IMG/VR virus record: IMGVR_UViG_3300034105_004543
Location: 1-64,000 of that record
Reading direction: 5' to 3' (one strand)
Length of the DNA stretch: 64,000 bases
Source of the DNA: a virus
Within the stretch, counting starts at the first letter, position 1. Each line of letters begins with the position of its first letter. The notes beneath the pieces are model-generated. The model was given only the letters and a program-made list of their open reading frames with translations. It searched no databases and was not told where the DNA came from. This document shows positions 1-10,734 of the stretch, piece after piece. Made by a program: the position numbers and the translations under genes.

Positions 1-41
1 GATGTGGCGGGTTCCATGAGGTCACTATAGACGGCAATATA

Positions 42-2297
42 ATGTATATGCCATGCGAAAGTTCTGATTATTATGGTTTAAGAATAGAGCAGCTCGAAAG
101 TGCTTTAAACTTCACGTATATAGGTAGCTATAGATTATTATCATGGGATAAACCATTTGAGAATGTTACTAAATTTAAAGGTTGGATAATAGACACTTTT
201 TATTCAAATAATAGTGGACCCACTCTTGATGCAAATGATATAGCAATAGATTTTAGATATAGTATAGATGGAAGAACATGGTCATTATGGACCAATGTGG
301 GTAGTGCAATTAATGGGTTAACCAATGATTTTTCTGATATTTTTATTATAGAGCTTGATCCAGCGAATAAATTCTATCCCGAGTTTAGATTTACCTCTGT
401 TCTTATCGGTCCTGATGGTGGGATAATTTATAATACTGATGAGCCCATAGACCCATCCATTGTTATAGTTAGTTTCAATTTGGATCTTGAATTTGGTGAA
501 ACCCCTGAAAAGATACAATCAAAACCATTACCTGTTTGCTCTGCAGAAACATCCAATAGACCTGTGGTTTTCTCTGATTGCGGATTTACATTTAAACCAT
601 ATGCTGTTAATAAGGCACTTAATATATACCAAGATTTAAGTCTAATGGTTAATAAAATGTTTGGACTTGATGCTAATTATTATTCGGTTCAGCCACAGGC
701 TAGGGGTAGAGATGTTGTGCTTAGAGAATATACATTATTTAACGTTGTTTCTGAGAAGTGCGTTAAACTTATGGTTAACCAAAACCAATTCCCTGATAAT
801 AAAATAAATTTTGATCCATTCGGATTGAATTATGAGGATCCATTTGAAGTTCAAATGGATAAAAGATATTTCGAATCAATATTTGGAAAAGGCTCGCAGC
901 CTAGAAAAAGGGATATCATATATTTTCCTATAACAAATAGAATATATGAGATAAATTCAACTTATCTATTTAGAGATTTTATGAATGCCCCTGTTTATTT
1001 CAAGATGGAACTTAAAAAATATAATTCCAAAAGTAATACATATTTTAGAGATCCTGCATACAAGGAAGAACTGGACGGTATAAGTCTTACTACTACTGAC
1101 CTATTTGGTGCGGAAGTTCAGAACGAGGAACTTAAAATTGCAAATCCTCAACAATATGCAACCACAATAACACAAATGTCGCAGGATCCTATAAGATCAT
1201 ATATCTATAAGGATCTTCCAGTAATAGGATATGATCTCAATAATAACTGGACTATAGTTTTTAATGATTATTATGATTTATATGCAGGATTTATAGATGA
1301 CTCCGATTTTACATATGCAGCAAAACAATATAGACAGGCAATCAGATATAAACTTTTACCTAAGGTTAGTATAGGAGAGGAGCTAGCATTTACCGCATGG
1401 TTTAGTATAAGGGATCTTTATAACAATCAACAATTAATGAAGAGACCGTATCAGGTTATAACTATAAATATAGAATCGTATGACGATGATTATATAATTT
1501 TTAATTCATATCCTCGAAAACATAATCTGGAAAGATGGGAATCATATGATAGTAATCCTGAGGGATATGTTGCAATAAAGGGTGACCCCGCTCACAGTGG
1601 TGGGTATCAAGTGGAATCAATAATAGATGATTATAAATTTAGGGTTATAAACAAATCCACTGATTTTGCTATTGGACCTATTACATGGAGAATGCAAAAA
1701 GCTCAATCTAGAAATTTGATAAGTGGTCTATATGAGGATCAGAATGGTGATATTAAAGGATTTAGGGCAGATATTATACATTCTGGTGTAATTGATGAAT
1801 TAACAAATCTATTTCTGGAAACTGGAAGTTTAGTTGTTAGATTCAATGATCTTGTTATAAATTCTACACTTCAATTCGTTCCAAAAATGGACGAATGGTA
1901 TGGTATAGTTATAAATTTTTCCAATGTTTACAAGCAGATATCATCGATAATATGGGAAATAACATATGATCCAACTAATAGTTCACCAGACCAATCAAGT
2001 AAGTTGGCTAAGGTCCATGATGATACTAGAATGTTTGTCGATCATATTGTTTTTAATGCTCCTTCCAATATAGTTACTGATAAATACAGTCCATATTATG
2101 GAACTGATAATAATTCATACAAGATATTTACTGGACCAATATATCTTAGTAATATCAGATTATTCAAAAATATGATAGATATAGATAATCAATCAACAGT
2201 GCTTAATCAGAATATAGTTAGAGATTCTCAATTAGCACACATAATAGATAATGCTAAACCTTTGCTAAATATACCAAAATTTGCAAGAAATAAATAA
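42..2297 (+). CDS. Neck/head-closure protein, T4 gp14-like core with long N- and C-terminal extensions
   Basis: Central FGLNYEDPFEVQMDKRYFE..PRKRDIIYFPITNRIYEIN resembles the gp14 family; lies directly upstream of the terminase genes. Confidence 0.65.
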   Translation: MYMPCESSDYYGLRIEQLESALNFTYIGSYRLLSWDKPFENVTKFKGWIIDTFYSNNSGPTLDANDIAIDFRYSIDGRTWSLWTNVGSAINGLTNDFSDIFIIELDPANKFYPEFRFTSVLIGPDGGIIYNTDEPIDPSIVIVSFNLDLEFGETPEKIQSKPLPVCSAETSNRPVVFSDCGFTFKPYAVNKALNIYQDLSLMVNKMFGLDANYYSVQPQARGRDVVLREYTLFNVVSEKCVKLMVNQNQFPDNKINFDPFGLNYEDPFEVQMDKRYFESIFGKGSQPRKRDIIYFPITNRIYEINSTYLFRDFMNAPVYFKMELKKYNSKSNTYFRDPAYKEELDGISLTTTDLFGAEVQNEELKIANPQQYATTITQMSQDPIRSYIYKDLPVIGYDLNNNWTIVFNDYYDLYAGFIDDSDFTYAAKQYRQAIRYKLLPKVSIGEELAFTAWFSIRDLYNNQQLMKRPYQVITINIESYDDDYIIFNSYPRKHNLERWESYDSNPEGYVAIKGDPAHSGGYQVESIIDDYKFRVINKSTDFAIGPITWRMQKAQSRNLISGLYEDQNGDIKGFRADIIHSGVIDELTNLFLETGSLVVRFNDLVINSTLQFVPKMDEWYGIVINFSNVYKQISSIIWEITYDPTNSSPDQSSKLAKVHDDTRMFVDHIVFNAPSNIVTDKYSPYYGTDNNSYKIFTGPIYLSNIRLFKNMIDIDNQSTVLNQNIVRDSQLAHIIDNAKPLLNIPKFARNK

Positions 2298-2300
2298 GCT

Positions 2301-3098
2301 ATGCCAAGAAGAAAACCGAAACCGGAGAAGGTTATAGAGGAGAGAATAAAACAGAATCTTGATTCCATATTAATGGATGAGGGGTTTGATGTTTCTTTCG
2401 CTGCTGATTCTGTGGACCTACCTAGAATAAAAACAACGGATCTTATGGATTTTGCTGGAGCTCAAACTTCAGCTGCATCTGATGCTAAGATTCTTATGGA
2501 TTCTCTAGCAGAATTTTATGTTGATCTTAGTACTGAAAATACATCAGCACTACATGTGCAGCATAAGAAAAAGATGGATACCATGAATGTGTCAGCTATG
2601 ATGTTTCAATTGAAGACCGCTCAACATACAATAACAAAAATACTTGAAGAAATAGATCTAGGTAATACAAATCCTAGGCTTTTTGAGGTGTTAGCACAAA
2701 TGCAATCACAGATTATGCAGATGCCCAAAGATTATCAGGCTTACTTGGAAAAAATGGAGCAGAACTATAAAAAATCAAGAATAGAGATAGACGAAAAAAA
2801 GCAGACGAATAGGGTTATTATGGATCAGAATGGTTCAAGTGAATCTTACGGTGCTCCTGTTTCTGCTATGACTGATAATAGTGGCATTAAATCCAGAGGA
2901 ACAAGAGGCATAATGGAGGGACTTAGAGATATAATAGGATCCGAGGTTGTTGATATTACTGCTGAAGTTGTTGAACCAAATGCTGTTGTTAATGCTAAGC
3001 ATAAAAAAATATTTGATCTCGACAATCCTAATATATCAAAATCAGATAATAATATGGATGATGAAGATGGATTTATCATAGAGGATGACCTTTATTAA
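2301..3098 (+). CDS. Terminase small subunit (gp16-like)
   Basis: NPRLFEVLAQM resembles the gp16 PRxxEV motif; helical; immediately upstream of TerL. Confidence 0.55.
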   Translation: MPRRKPKPEKVIEERIKQNLDSILMDEGFDVSFAADSVDLPRIKTTDLMDFAGAQTSAASDAKILMDSLAEFYVDLSTENTSALHVQHKKKMDTMNVSAMMFQLKTAQHTITKILEEIDLGNTNPRLFEVLAQMQSQIMQMPKDYQAYLEKMEQNYKKSRIEIDEKKQTNRVIMDQNGSSESYGAPVSAMTDNSGIKSRGTRGIMEGLRDIIGSEVVDITAEVVEPNAVVNAKHKKIFDLDNPNISKSDNNMDDEDGFIIEDDLY

Positions 3099-3100
3099 AA

Positions 3101-4927
3101 ATGGGAGAAATAATACAGAAAAAGCAGGATCAGATAGAAACATCCCTTTGGAACACAGAGAGGGTTAATGAACTATTAAGAAGAATAGACGAGGAGGGAT
3201 TGGATTATAAGGATGTTGATAATCCATTTTATGAACAGGATCCTGAATTAAAAAAGCCTAGTCTCCAGTGGGAATACACGAGGGATGAGGTTATTGAAAT
3301 GAAAAAATGTGCTGATGATGTTACGCATTTTGCAAAACATTGTAAAGTAATGACTGATTTTGGTCTCGAATACATAAAGCTGAGGGACTATCAGGAATCT
3401 GTCCTGAAGGAGTATCAATCAAATCGTTTCAATGTTTTTGTGGCTCCTAGACAAATTGGAAAATCGATAACATCATCAATAATTCTTGTTTGGTACCTCC
3501 TTTTTAATCACGATAAGAATGCGATGATTCTAGCTAACGTTGGTGATACAGCGGAGGAATTAATGGATAAAATAAAATCCATAATAAAGGGTCTACCATT
3601 TTTTCTTAAACCTGGAATGATAATAAACAATGTGATGACAATGCGTTTTGATAACGGATGCAGGGTTTTAGCTAAAACTACTACGAAATCATCAGGTATT
3701 GGTTTTACTATACATTTCTTATACATGGATGAGTTTGCACATATTAATGATAACTTCATGGAAGCTTTCTTTAGATCAACATATCCTACAGTATCATCAT
3801 CTAAGGTTTCTAGAATTATAATAACTTCAACACCCAACGGTATGAATAAATTCTATGATATCTATCAGGGAGCTATGGATGGTGATAATAGTTTTAATCC
3901 AATAAGGGTTGATTGGTGGCAAGTTCCCGGTAGGGACGAGGCGTGGAAACAGAAAGAAATAGGTAACTTGGGTAGTGAAGAGTTATTTAATCAGGAATAT
4001 GGTAATCAATTTTTAAGTTCTTCCAGCCTATTATTGGGATCAGATGAGCTTAGAAAAATAAAAAAAAATGAAATCGAATATGAATGGAGAGAAATAAGCG
4101 AACTACATAACCATAATATATCATATGAGAATTTCAGATGGCATCCTAAATTTGATCTGGACTCGTGCAACGAGAGAGGTAAAAAATTTGTTCTATCGAT
4201 TGATCTTAGCGGTGGTGGAAAGGGAGATTTTACAGTAATAAATATATTTAGAGTTACCCCTTTACCCAAAGCAGTCATAGAAAAAATTGATGAATATGAG
4301 GATGAAGCGGATTTTTTTGGTCTTATTCAAGTTGGGGTCTTTAGGGATAATGAGATAAAGTTGGAGGACGTTGTCAAGCTTCTCCAGGTTTTATGTGAAA
4401 ATGTATTCACTGTCGATAGGGTAAAGATAGCTCTTGAAATGAACTTTAAGGGTGAGCTTCTCTACGATAAACTAATATCAAGAGATGAATTTTTTGATGA
4501 GATGTTTCTTTTTACTAAGCACTCCGAAAGTGCAAGAACTTTAAAACCTGGTATAAAGTACAATGAAAAAAACAAGATGAAATATTGTGAATTACTAAGA
4601 AGCTTGATAAGGGAGAATAAGATACTTGTTAATGAAAAAAAATGGACCATACCTGAATTATTTACATTTGGACTTAACAATAGAGGAACATATTCTAGTC
4701 AAAGCGGGCACGATGATGTTGCTATGACACTGGTTAATCTACCTGGACTACTGGACGGGTATGATTTCAATCATATGGTAGGAGAAGTGTTTGATGAGAT
4801 GGAGGATAATCTATACAAGGAACTTATAATAAAAAAATTAGAGGGAGATCAGATTTTTGATGATGATAGAAAAGGTCCTTCAACTAAAGAAGGTAAATCT
4901 TACAGCGACTTCAGTAACTTAATGTAG
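3101..4927 (+). CDS. terL: Terminase large subunit (gp17-like)
   Basis: Q-motif LRDYQ, Walker A APRQIGKS, Walker B LYMDEFAH, ITSTPNG, nuclease SIDLS and HDDVAM. Confidence 0.97.
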   Translation: MGEIIQKKQDQIETSLWNTERVNELLRRIDEEGLDYKDVDNPFYEQDPELKKPSLQWEYTRDEVIEMKKCADDVTHFAKHCKVMTDFGLEYIKLRDYQESVLKEYQSNRFNVFVAPRQIGKSITSSIILVWYLLFNHDKNAMILANVGDTAEELMDKIKSIIKGLPFFLKPGMIINNVMTMRFDNGCRVLAKTTTKSSGIGFTIHFLYMDEFAHINDNFMEAFFRSTYPTVSSSKVSRIIITSTPNGMNKFYDIYQGAMDGDNSFNPIRVDWWQVPGRDEAWKQKEIGNLGSEELFNQEYGNQFLSSSSLLLGSDELRKIKKNEIEYEWREISELHNHNISYENFRWHPKFDLDSCNERGKKFVLSIDLSGGGKGDFTVINIFRVTPLPKAVIEKIDEYEDEADFFGLIQVGVFRDNEIKLEDVVKLLQVLCENVFTVDRVKIALEMNFKGELLYDKLISRDEFFDEMFLFTKHSESARTLKPGIKYNEKNKMKYCELLRSLIRENKILVNEKKWTIPELFTFGLNNRGTYSSQSGHDDVAMTLVNLPGLLDGYDFNHMVGEVFDEMEDNLYKELIIKKLEGDQIFDDDRKGPSTKEGKSYSDFSNLM

Positions 4928-4952
4928 CATCAATAATTCCCGTTTCTTTTTT

Positions 4953-4960
4953 GATATATA
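4953..4960 (+). promoter_or_regulatory. Putative late promoter GATATATA (representative copy, upstream of the sheath gene)
   Basis: Exact copies just upstream of genes at 15822, 18006, 21722, 30392, 33167, 36828, 42460, 49460, 51324, 63780 and at 28766-28773 on the - strand. Confidence 0.8.
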
Positions 4961-4989
4961 GTACAGAAGTAAAAATATATTGAAAAATA

Positions 4990-7900
4990 ATGGCAAATAA
5001 GGTAAAAATAGACTATTCTCAATTTAGAGCATCTGGTGTCTATACGCTTGAATTTGACGCATCACAAAACGTCATACTTACATCACAAACAATTAGATTG
5101 GTGGTTGGTTTCTCGAATAAGGGACCTTTCAATACACCGGTTTATATTCCTGATGCAACAACGATGATATCAATCTTTGGTGACATTGACGCGTCTCTTG
5201 AAAATAAAGGATCTTTCTTCCATAGATCAATATTAACTTGTTTAAATGCTGGACCAGTCTTCGCATTAAATCTTTTAAAATTGAACGATAACCGAGAGAC
5301 TTCAGATCCTGACGAGGTTACATATAGATCATTTTCCCTAGATTCTGAGCAATATAACGGAGTAGTTAGTAGCGAATTATACTCTTCCTATTATAATAAG
5401 GAGAGATTCTGGTTTGCCGATCCTAACTATTTCCTTGCAACATTAAGTACTGTTGATCAAGGTAAATTACTAAGTTTAACAAATCTTGGTAAATCCCCTA
5501 TGAGCATAATAATCAGAAAATCTACTGATTCAACTGCTCCTCTAACGGGATATAATATATTTGCAACCGATTGGTATGGTGCTAATAACGTTCCTTCGTT
5601 TATGCATCCGTATGATTATATGAGTGATTATTTTATTGATGTTATTGCTGTTTATGGTGATTGGACAAACTATCAGGCTCTTCACTTGGATCCTCTATGG
5701 AGTAGTTATTTTACAAACAATGGATTTGTAAAATCTAAAATAGATCAATTCCTTGCGAATCCTAATGTTTCTATAGTTACATCTGTTACTGGATGTATAA
5801 TACCAGATTTTGTTGATCTTAATGGTGTTAATAAATATGTACAAACTTTAATAAATAATGATAGCGCATCTACTGGATTATTCTGTGCAATAGACGAACA
5901 AGCATTTGATGATATCTGTAATAATCCTTATAAAATCGATTTAGTTGGTAATCACCTAATAGATGAGCTTAGTGGGGATAGAGATCTTGCAAATCCTAGA
6001 ATAAACTTCTTAAGCTACGATCAGGCATTACAAGCTGATTATTTATACTCACAAAATGTGGTTGGTATAACAGGGGCTACTGGATTTGTTAGTCCTGCAG
6101 GTATCACTGGATATACATCTGGTGCTAAGGTTGGTACATTATTTACAATAACTGGTTCAACCGCTGGTGTATATCAGGGATCATTTGTTCCTTATGATGC
6201 TACTGCTTTTGACGGTACTACCCATTATTTACAAACCCAATCGTCAACTGGCACAACTGCAGGTACATTACAAAATGCTGCACAAATTGCTGCACTTAAA
6301 TCTTTTCTTAATGTTTCTTCCTCGAATGATGAGAAATTTATACTTGGTATTGTTCAGGGAATAGCCGGATTAACCGGAGCATTAATAAGTCAATTCAACG
6401 AGGCTGATGTGGTTAAACTTAAAGTTACTGGAACTAAGGATGTTAGCGGGCAACTTCGTATATTCTGGACACACCCGTTGGATACCGCACAATATAGATC
6501 ACAAGGTATTACTGTTAAACCTACGTATGACCTTACATCATATAATACTGGTGCATCGGGAAGTAATAAACCTTTTTACACGTCATCTTACCAATTTGGT
6601 AATTCTGATTATTTTGACATAATAAGTTTAGCTACCCCAGATGGAGGTACTGGACCAAATGCACCTAGCGGATACACCAATTCCGTAGTTTCTTATAATG
6701 CATCCACATTCTATCAAAATCATAAATATGTGGAGATAACGGATGGTGATTCTATATGGGTTACAGCTACCGGAACTCCAAATCAACAATATCTCGGATT
6801 TCAAAATACTATCGATAGAGATCAATTTAATCTTACGTATGCTAGAGCTTACTCGCAACAGGCTACACTGAATAACAATACAGTACTCAATATTGCAGCA
6901 TTTGGTGCATCATATGCATCTGACAATATAGGTTTACCTGTAGGTGCACAAAATCTGGATATAATATCACAAATAGGCTCAATAAATCAATTTGTCGGTT
7001 GCTCCAAGATAGATGTTACAACATTTACTATAAACGTGGCTAACGGGGTTTCCCCTTTATCTGTAGGGGATTCAGTAGTTTCTACGGATCTTGATATATG
7101 TGAACCTGCTAGCGGTAATAGACAAAACAGACTTACTAAGGTTAAATCCGTTTCACAAACAGCAACTCAGAACATATTAAAAGTAGTTACAGCAAGACCA
7201 GTTTTATATTATTCTGCTGATGGCGGAGCACTTAGAGTACAAAAATTCAAATCTATACCTCAATTCACAACATCCTTTGATTTTACTTATCTTAAGGGGT
7301 TTACTATGAAAGAAAGACATAGACCAAATGGTACTGATGCAAGATTAAATGAGCTACTTGATGTTCTATATAATACGAATATTGCTAAGACACTCGCTTC
7401 TAAAGATGTTATTTCATTTAGATATATCGTTGATACATTCAGTGGTATAATAGGCCCAGAATCTAAATATCAATTCAGTAGACTTGCAAAAATGAGACAG
7501 CAAGCTCTAGCTATTATAAATGCGCCATCCATGGCTCAATTTAGAGCTAGTACGGATCCATCATTTACTGATTCCCCTACTGCTGCTATTCCCTATCCTC
7601 CGTTGAATACATCGTATATAGTTGATGGTGGTAACTTATCACGTAATCCTAGTTACACATTTACTTTACCTAGCGAGGAGGATGGATCTAAATTCTGTGC
7701 ATTCTACTCACCTTATATAGTTATAAGAAATGGTAATAAAAATATTAACGTTCCACCTGCAGCTTACGTATCTAATAATTTCATTAGAAAATTTGCAAAT
7801 GGTGAGCCTTATGCTATTATTGCTGGACAAAAAAGAGGTATACTCAGCGGTGGTAATATAGTTGGTGTTGAGTATGATTTTACCGATGAGGATAGAGGAA

Positions 7901-8337
7901 ATCTCGAACCATTCGGTATTAATCCTATATTAAAAAGAAAAGGAGTCGGTGTGGTTATATTTGGTAACCAAACGGCTTACCAACAAGTAAATTCTGCATT
8001 TAACTTAGTTCATGTTAGGGATCTATTAATTAGTATAGAAAGTGACGTCCAGGAAATACTTGCAAATTATCTTTTCGATTTCAATGAGGATTCGATAAGA
8101 TTGGAAATTAAAACACTTGTTGATAATTACCTTGATGGTGTTAGATCAGGTGGCGGAATATATGTTTATCAGACAATAATGGATTCATCTAACAATACAC
8201 CAGCTATTATAGATATGAATATGGGTATAATAGATATTATAATCGAACCGGCTAGAGGTATACAAAAATTCATAAATAGAATTACAGTTACTAGAACAGG
8301 CGGAATAGCCGCTGGTGGATTTACACAATTCGTATAA
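4990..8337 (+). CDS. Contractile tail sheath protein (gp18-like) with large internal insertion
   Basis: N-terminal SGVYTLEFD..VVGFSNKGPFNTP; C-terminal GINPI..GVVIFGNQT..VHVRDLLI..YLFDFN; 1115 aa. Confidence 0.95.
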   Translation: MANKVKIDYSQFRASGVYTLEFDASQNVILTSQTIRLVVGFSNKGPFNTPVYIPDATTMISIFGDIDASLENKGSFFHRSILTCLNAGPVFALNLLKLNDNRETSDPDEVTYRSFSLDSEQYNGVVSSELYSSYYNKERFWFADPNYFLATLSTVDQGKLLSLTNLGKSPMSIIIRKSTDSTAPLTGYNIFATDWYGANNVPSFMHPYDYMSDYFIDVIAVYGDWTNYQALHLDPLWSSYFTNNGFVKSKIDQFLANPNVSIVTSVTGCIIPDFVDLNGVNKYVQTLINNDSASTGLFCAIDEQAFDDICNNPYKIDLVGNHLIDELSGDRDLANPRINFLSYDQALQADYLYSQNVVGITGATGFVSPAGITGYTSGAKVGTLFTITGSTAGVYQGSFVPYDATAFDGTTHYLQTQSSTGTTAGTLQNAAQIAALKSFLNVSSSNDEKFILGIVQGIAGLTGALISQFNEADVVKLKVTGTKDVSGQLRIFWTHPLDTAQYRSQGITVKPTYDLTSYNTGASGSNKPFYTSSYQFGNSDYFDIISLATPDGGTGPNAPSGYTNSVVSYNASTFYQNHKYVEITDGDSIWVTATGTPNQQYLGFQNTIDRDQFNLTYARAYSQQATLNNNTVLNIAAFGASYASDNIGLPVGAQNLDIISQIGSINQFVGCSKIDVTTFTINVANGVSPLSVGDSVVSTDLDICEPASGNRQNRLTKVKSVSQTATQNILKVVTARPVLYYSADGGALRVQKFKSIPQFTTSFDFTYLKGFTMKERHRPNGTDARLNELLDVLYNTNIAKTLASKDVISFRYIVDTFSGIIGPESKYQFSRLAKMRQQALAIINAPSMAQFRASTDPSFTDSPTAAIPYPPLNTSYIVDGGNLSRNPSYTFTLPSEEDGSKFCAFYSPYIVIRNGNKNINVPPAAYVSNNFIRKFANGEPYAIIAGQKRGILSGGNIVGVEYDFTDEDRGNLEPFGINPILKRKGVGVVIFGNQTAYQQVNSAFNLVHVRDLLISIESDVQEILANYLFDFNEDSIRLEIKTLVDNYLDGVRSGGGIYVYQTIMDSSNNTPAIIDMNMGIIDIIIEPARGIQKFINRITVTRTGGIAAGGFTQFV

Positions 8338-8377
8338 ATTTCTATTTTTTAGATATCTAAGATAAATATAAGTAATT

Positions 8378-8932
8378 ATGGCAGGACTATCACATTATCA
8401 AAATTCAATATCTTCAATAAACAAGTATGAACCTGTTTATTTGAACCAATTTGAGGTAACTATAATACCTCCAGCTGCTATAGCAGGAGGAAGTATATTG
8501 CTACAACACGTCAGTAAGGTTAATGGACTTTCATTGGACAAGAACCCTGGAACAGTTCAACAAAAATATAAATTCGCTAAAAGGAATTATGCTGGTTCAA
8601 AACCGGAGAATACCTATATGGATCTTAGTATTACATTCAGTGTCAACTTAAATGACGCTAATTCCATGTATGTGTTTAAAACTTTAAGACAATGGTCAGA
8701 TACAATCTATAATCCATTAACTGGAGCGATGGGTCTTAAAAATGATTATACGGGATCGATAGTTATTTCGGTGTTTAATAAAGCTGGTGATGTTTATAGA
8801 AGAATAACATGCAAGGATACGTTTCCTACTAAACCAATTTCTCCAATGAATCTAAACTATACAAGTACGGACCTATATAAAATAGACGACATGGTTTTTG
8901 CTGTTGATTATTGGGACGATCTATTCCTATAA
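8378..8932 (+). CDS. Tail tube protein (gp19-like), paralogue 1
   Basis: Follows sheath; 184 aa; LRQWSDTIYNPLTG..KNDY and FAVDYW tube motifs. Confidence 0.85.
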   Translation: MAGLSHYQNSISSINKYEPVYLNQFEVTIIPPAAIAGGSILLQHVSKVNGLSLDKNPGTVQQKYKFAKRNYAGSKPENTYMDLSITFSVNLNDANSMYVFKTLRQWSDTIYNPLTGAMGLKNDYTGSIVISVFNKAGDVYRRITCKDTFPTKPISPMNLNYTSTDLYKIDDMVFAVDYWDDLFL

Positions 8933-8946
8933 AATAAAAAACATAA

Positions 8947-9522
8947 ATGGCAGGATTACCACATTTTACAAATTCGCTTGCAGGTATAAATAATTTTGAG
9001 CCTGTATTTCTTAACCAGTTTGAAGTACTGATAAGTCCACCTTCCGCTATAGTTGGTGCTAGTACAACTTTTAAGGGTGAAAGTATATTAACTCAACAAG
9101 TTAAATCTATAACTGGTTTAGCTGTTGATATAGCACCTGCTCAAACGGTGAATCAGAACTATAAATTTGCTACTAGAAGATATGCTGGTGGTGAACCACA
9201 AACCAGTGATATGAACCTTTCTATGGAATTTGAGGTGAACCTTAATAATTCGAATTCTATGGAACTTTATAAAATACTTAGACAATGGTCTGATTTAATT
9301 TATAATCCATTAACGGGAGCAATGGGTCTTAAGAACGACTATGTTGGTTCTATACTTATTTCAATATTTAATAAACAGGGTGACGTCTTCAGAAGAATAA
9401 GAATACCCTCATGCTTTATAAGTGAACCTATAAATGCTATGGATCTTGATTATGAGACTCCAGCTATTTATACAGTAAGGACCTCTTGGGTTTGTGATTA
9501 CTGGGAAGATCTATTTATGTAA
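8947..9522 (+). CDS. Tail tube protein (gp19-like), paralogue 2
   Basis: Collinear with the preceding ORF (MAGL, EPVxLNQFEV, IYNPLTGAMGLKNDY, DYWxDLF). Confidence 0.85.
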   Translation: MAGLPHFTNSLAGINNFEPVFLNQFEVLISPPSAIVGASTTFKGESILTQQVKSITGLAVDIAPAQTVNQNYKFATRRYAGGEPQTSDMNLSMEFEVNLNNSNSMELYKILRQWSDLIYNPLTGAMGLKNDYVGSILISIFNKQGDVFRRIRIPSCFISEPINAMDLDYETPAIYTVRTSWVCDYWEDLFM

Positions 9523-9537
9523 AATTATAGTGATATT

Positions 9538-9569
9538 AAAAAAAAGGTCAGATTTTGACCTTTTTTTTT
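9538..9569 (+). terminator. Intrinsic terminator after the tube genes
   Basis: A-tract, GGTCA-gattt-TGACC stem-loop, T9 tract. Confidence 0.8.
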
Positions 9570-9603
9570 GTTGTGTGTTATATAGAATAAAAATTAACTT
9601 TTT

Positions 9604-10734
9604 ATGAGTATAGATATATCACCAGAAGAGATATTAAAGATGAGAGAAGAACAAAGTGGAATTGTATATGACGATCCGATTGATGACGAAACCTCTGTTT
9701 CTAACGGACCTGTCATAGAGCAGGAAATAAAAATTAGTAACGAGCAGAAAGAATCCGAATCGACTGAACCAGTGCAACATATTTCACCAAAGGCGGAAAC
9801 CTCCGTAAATCTCGGAAATATAAACGACGGTAAACCCAAACCTGAACCAATCACATCTTTTGGTAAAGCACAGTCATATTCAGATTCTCCATCATTTGAC
9901 ATCGGATGGAAAAATCTCCCCGCTGAATTATTACCATCTAAGGGATTATTTTATCCAAACGGAACAAAAATAGCAATCAGAGCAGCGGATGTTAAGGAGA
10001 TAAGACATTTTTCTACCATTGACGAGGACGATAGATTGGATATAGAAGAAAAACTTGGGTATGTTATAGACAGATGTCTGAGAATGGATTTTCCTGGTGA
10101 AGGTGTAGTTTCTTTTAAAGATCTTGTCCAAGAGGATAGATTCTTTGCAGTTATGGCTATAAGGGATCTAACATTCATAAGTGGGGAAAATTCCATAATA
10201 CTAATTCCTAGGATTAAATGTGAGGGTAAGTCGGAATGTCCGTTTAACGATGGAATTGAATTAAGAACTGGTTCATTAAGATCATATTCATTGGATCCAA
10301 AAATTCTTAGTTACTATAATCCCGCAACTAGAAGTTTTACTTTTGATGTCAAAAAAATTAGTAAAACCATAGAAATGACTGTTCCTACGATAGGTATAAA
10401 CAGAGCTATCAGTGATTTTATTATTTATTGCTCGTCAAAAAATATTGATATTGATGGGGGCTTCTTAAAGATCGCTCCATTTATTCTTAAGGAGTGGAGA
10501 GGATTGAACAATGAAAGAATTCTTATGAAAATGAGGGAAGCCGATTATTGGACCAAGGAGGAATATAGTTTATATTTCGGACTTTCTGAGAAGATAAGGA
10601 TTGGTACGGAGATTGATGTAAAACAAGTTTGTCCGGTTTGTGGTAAGGAGGTCACTGCGGACATTGCCTTTCCCTCAGGGCTCAGATCTCTTTTCGTTAT
10701 TTCAGATATCTTTGGAGAATTACTTGGATATTAA
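9604..10734 (+). CDS. Baseplate hub assembly protein (gp26-like)
   Basis: LPSKG..IAIRAADVKE, C-terminal CPVCG zinc knuckle and GLRSLF; position after the tube genes. Confidence 0.7.
   Translation: MSIDISPEEILKMREEQSGIVYDDPIDDETSVSNGPVIEQEIKISNEQKESESTEPVQHISPKAETSVNLGNINDGKPKPEPITSFGKAQSYSDSPSFDIGWKNLPAELLPSKGLFYPNGTKIAIRAADVKEIRHFSTIDEDDRLDIEEKLGYVIDRCLRMDFPGEGVVSFKDLVQEDRFFAVMAIRDLTFISGENSIILIPRIKCEGKSECPFNDGIELRTGSLRSYSLDPKILSYYNPATRSFTFDVKKISKTIEMTVPTIGINRAISDFIIYCSSKNIDIDGGFLKIAPFILKEWRGLNNERILMKMREADYWTKEEYSLYFGLSEKIRIGTEIDVKQVCPVCGKEVTADIAFPSGLRSLFVISDIFGELLGY

Noticed and set aside
3101-4927. Intron or intein in terminase or other core genes
   Set aside because: ORFs are uninterrupted, of expected size, with no intein terminal motifs seen
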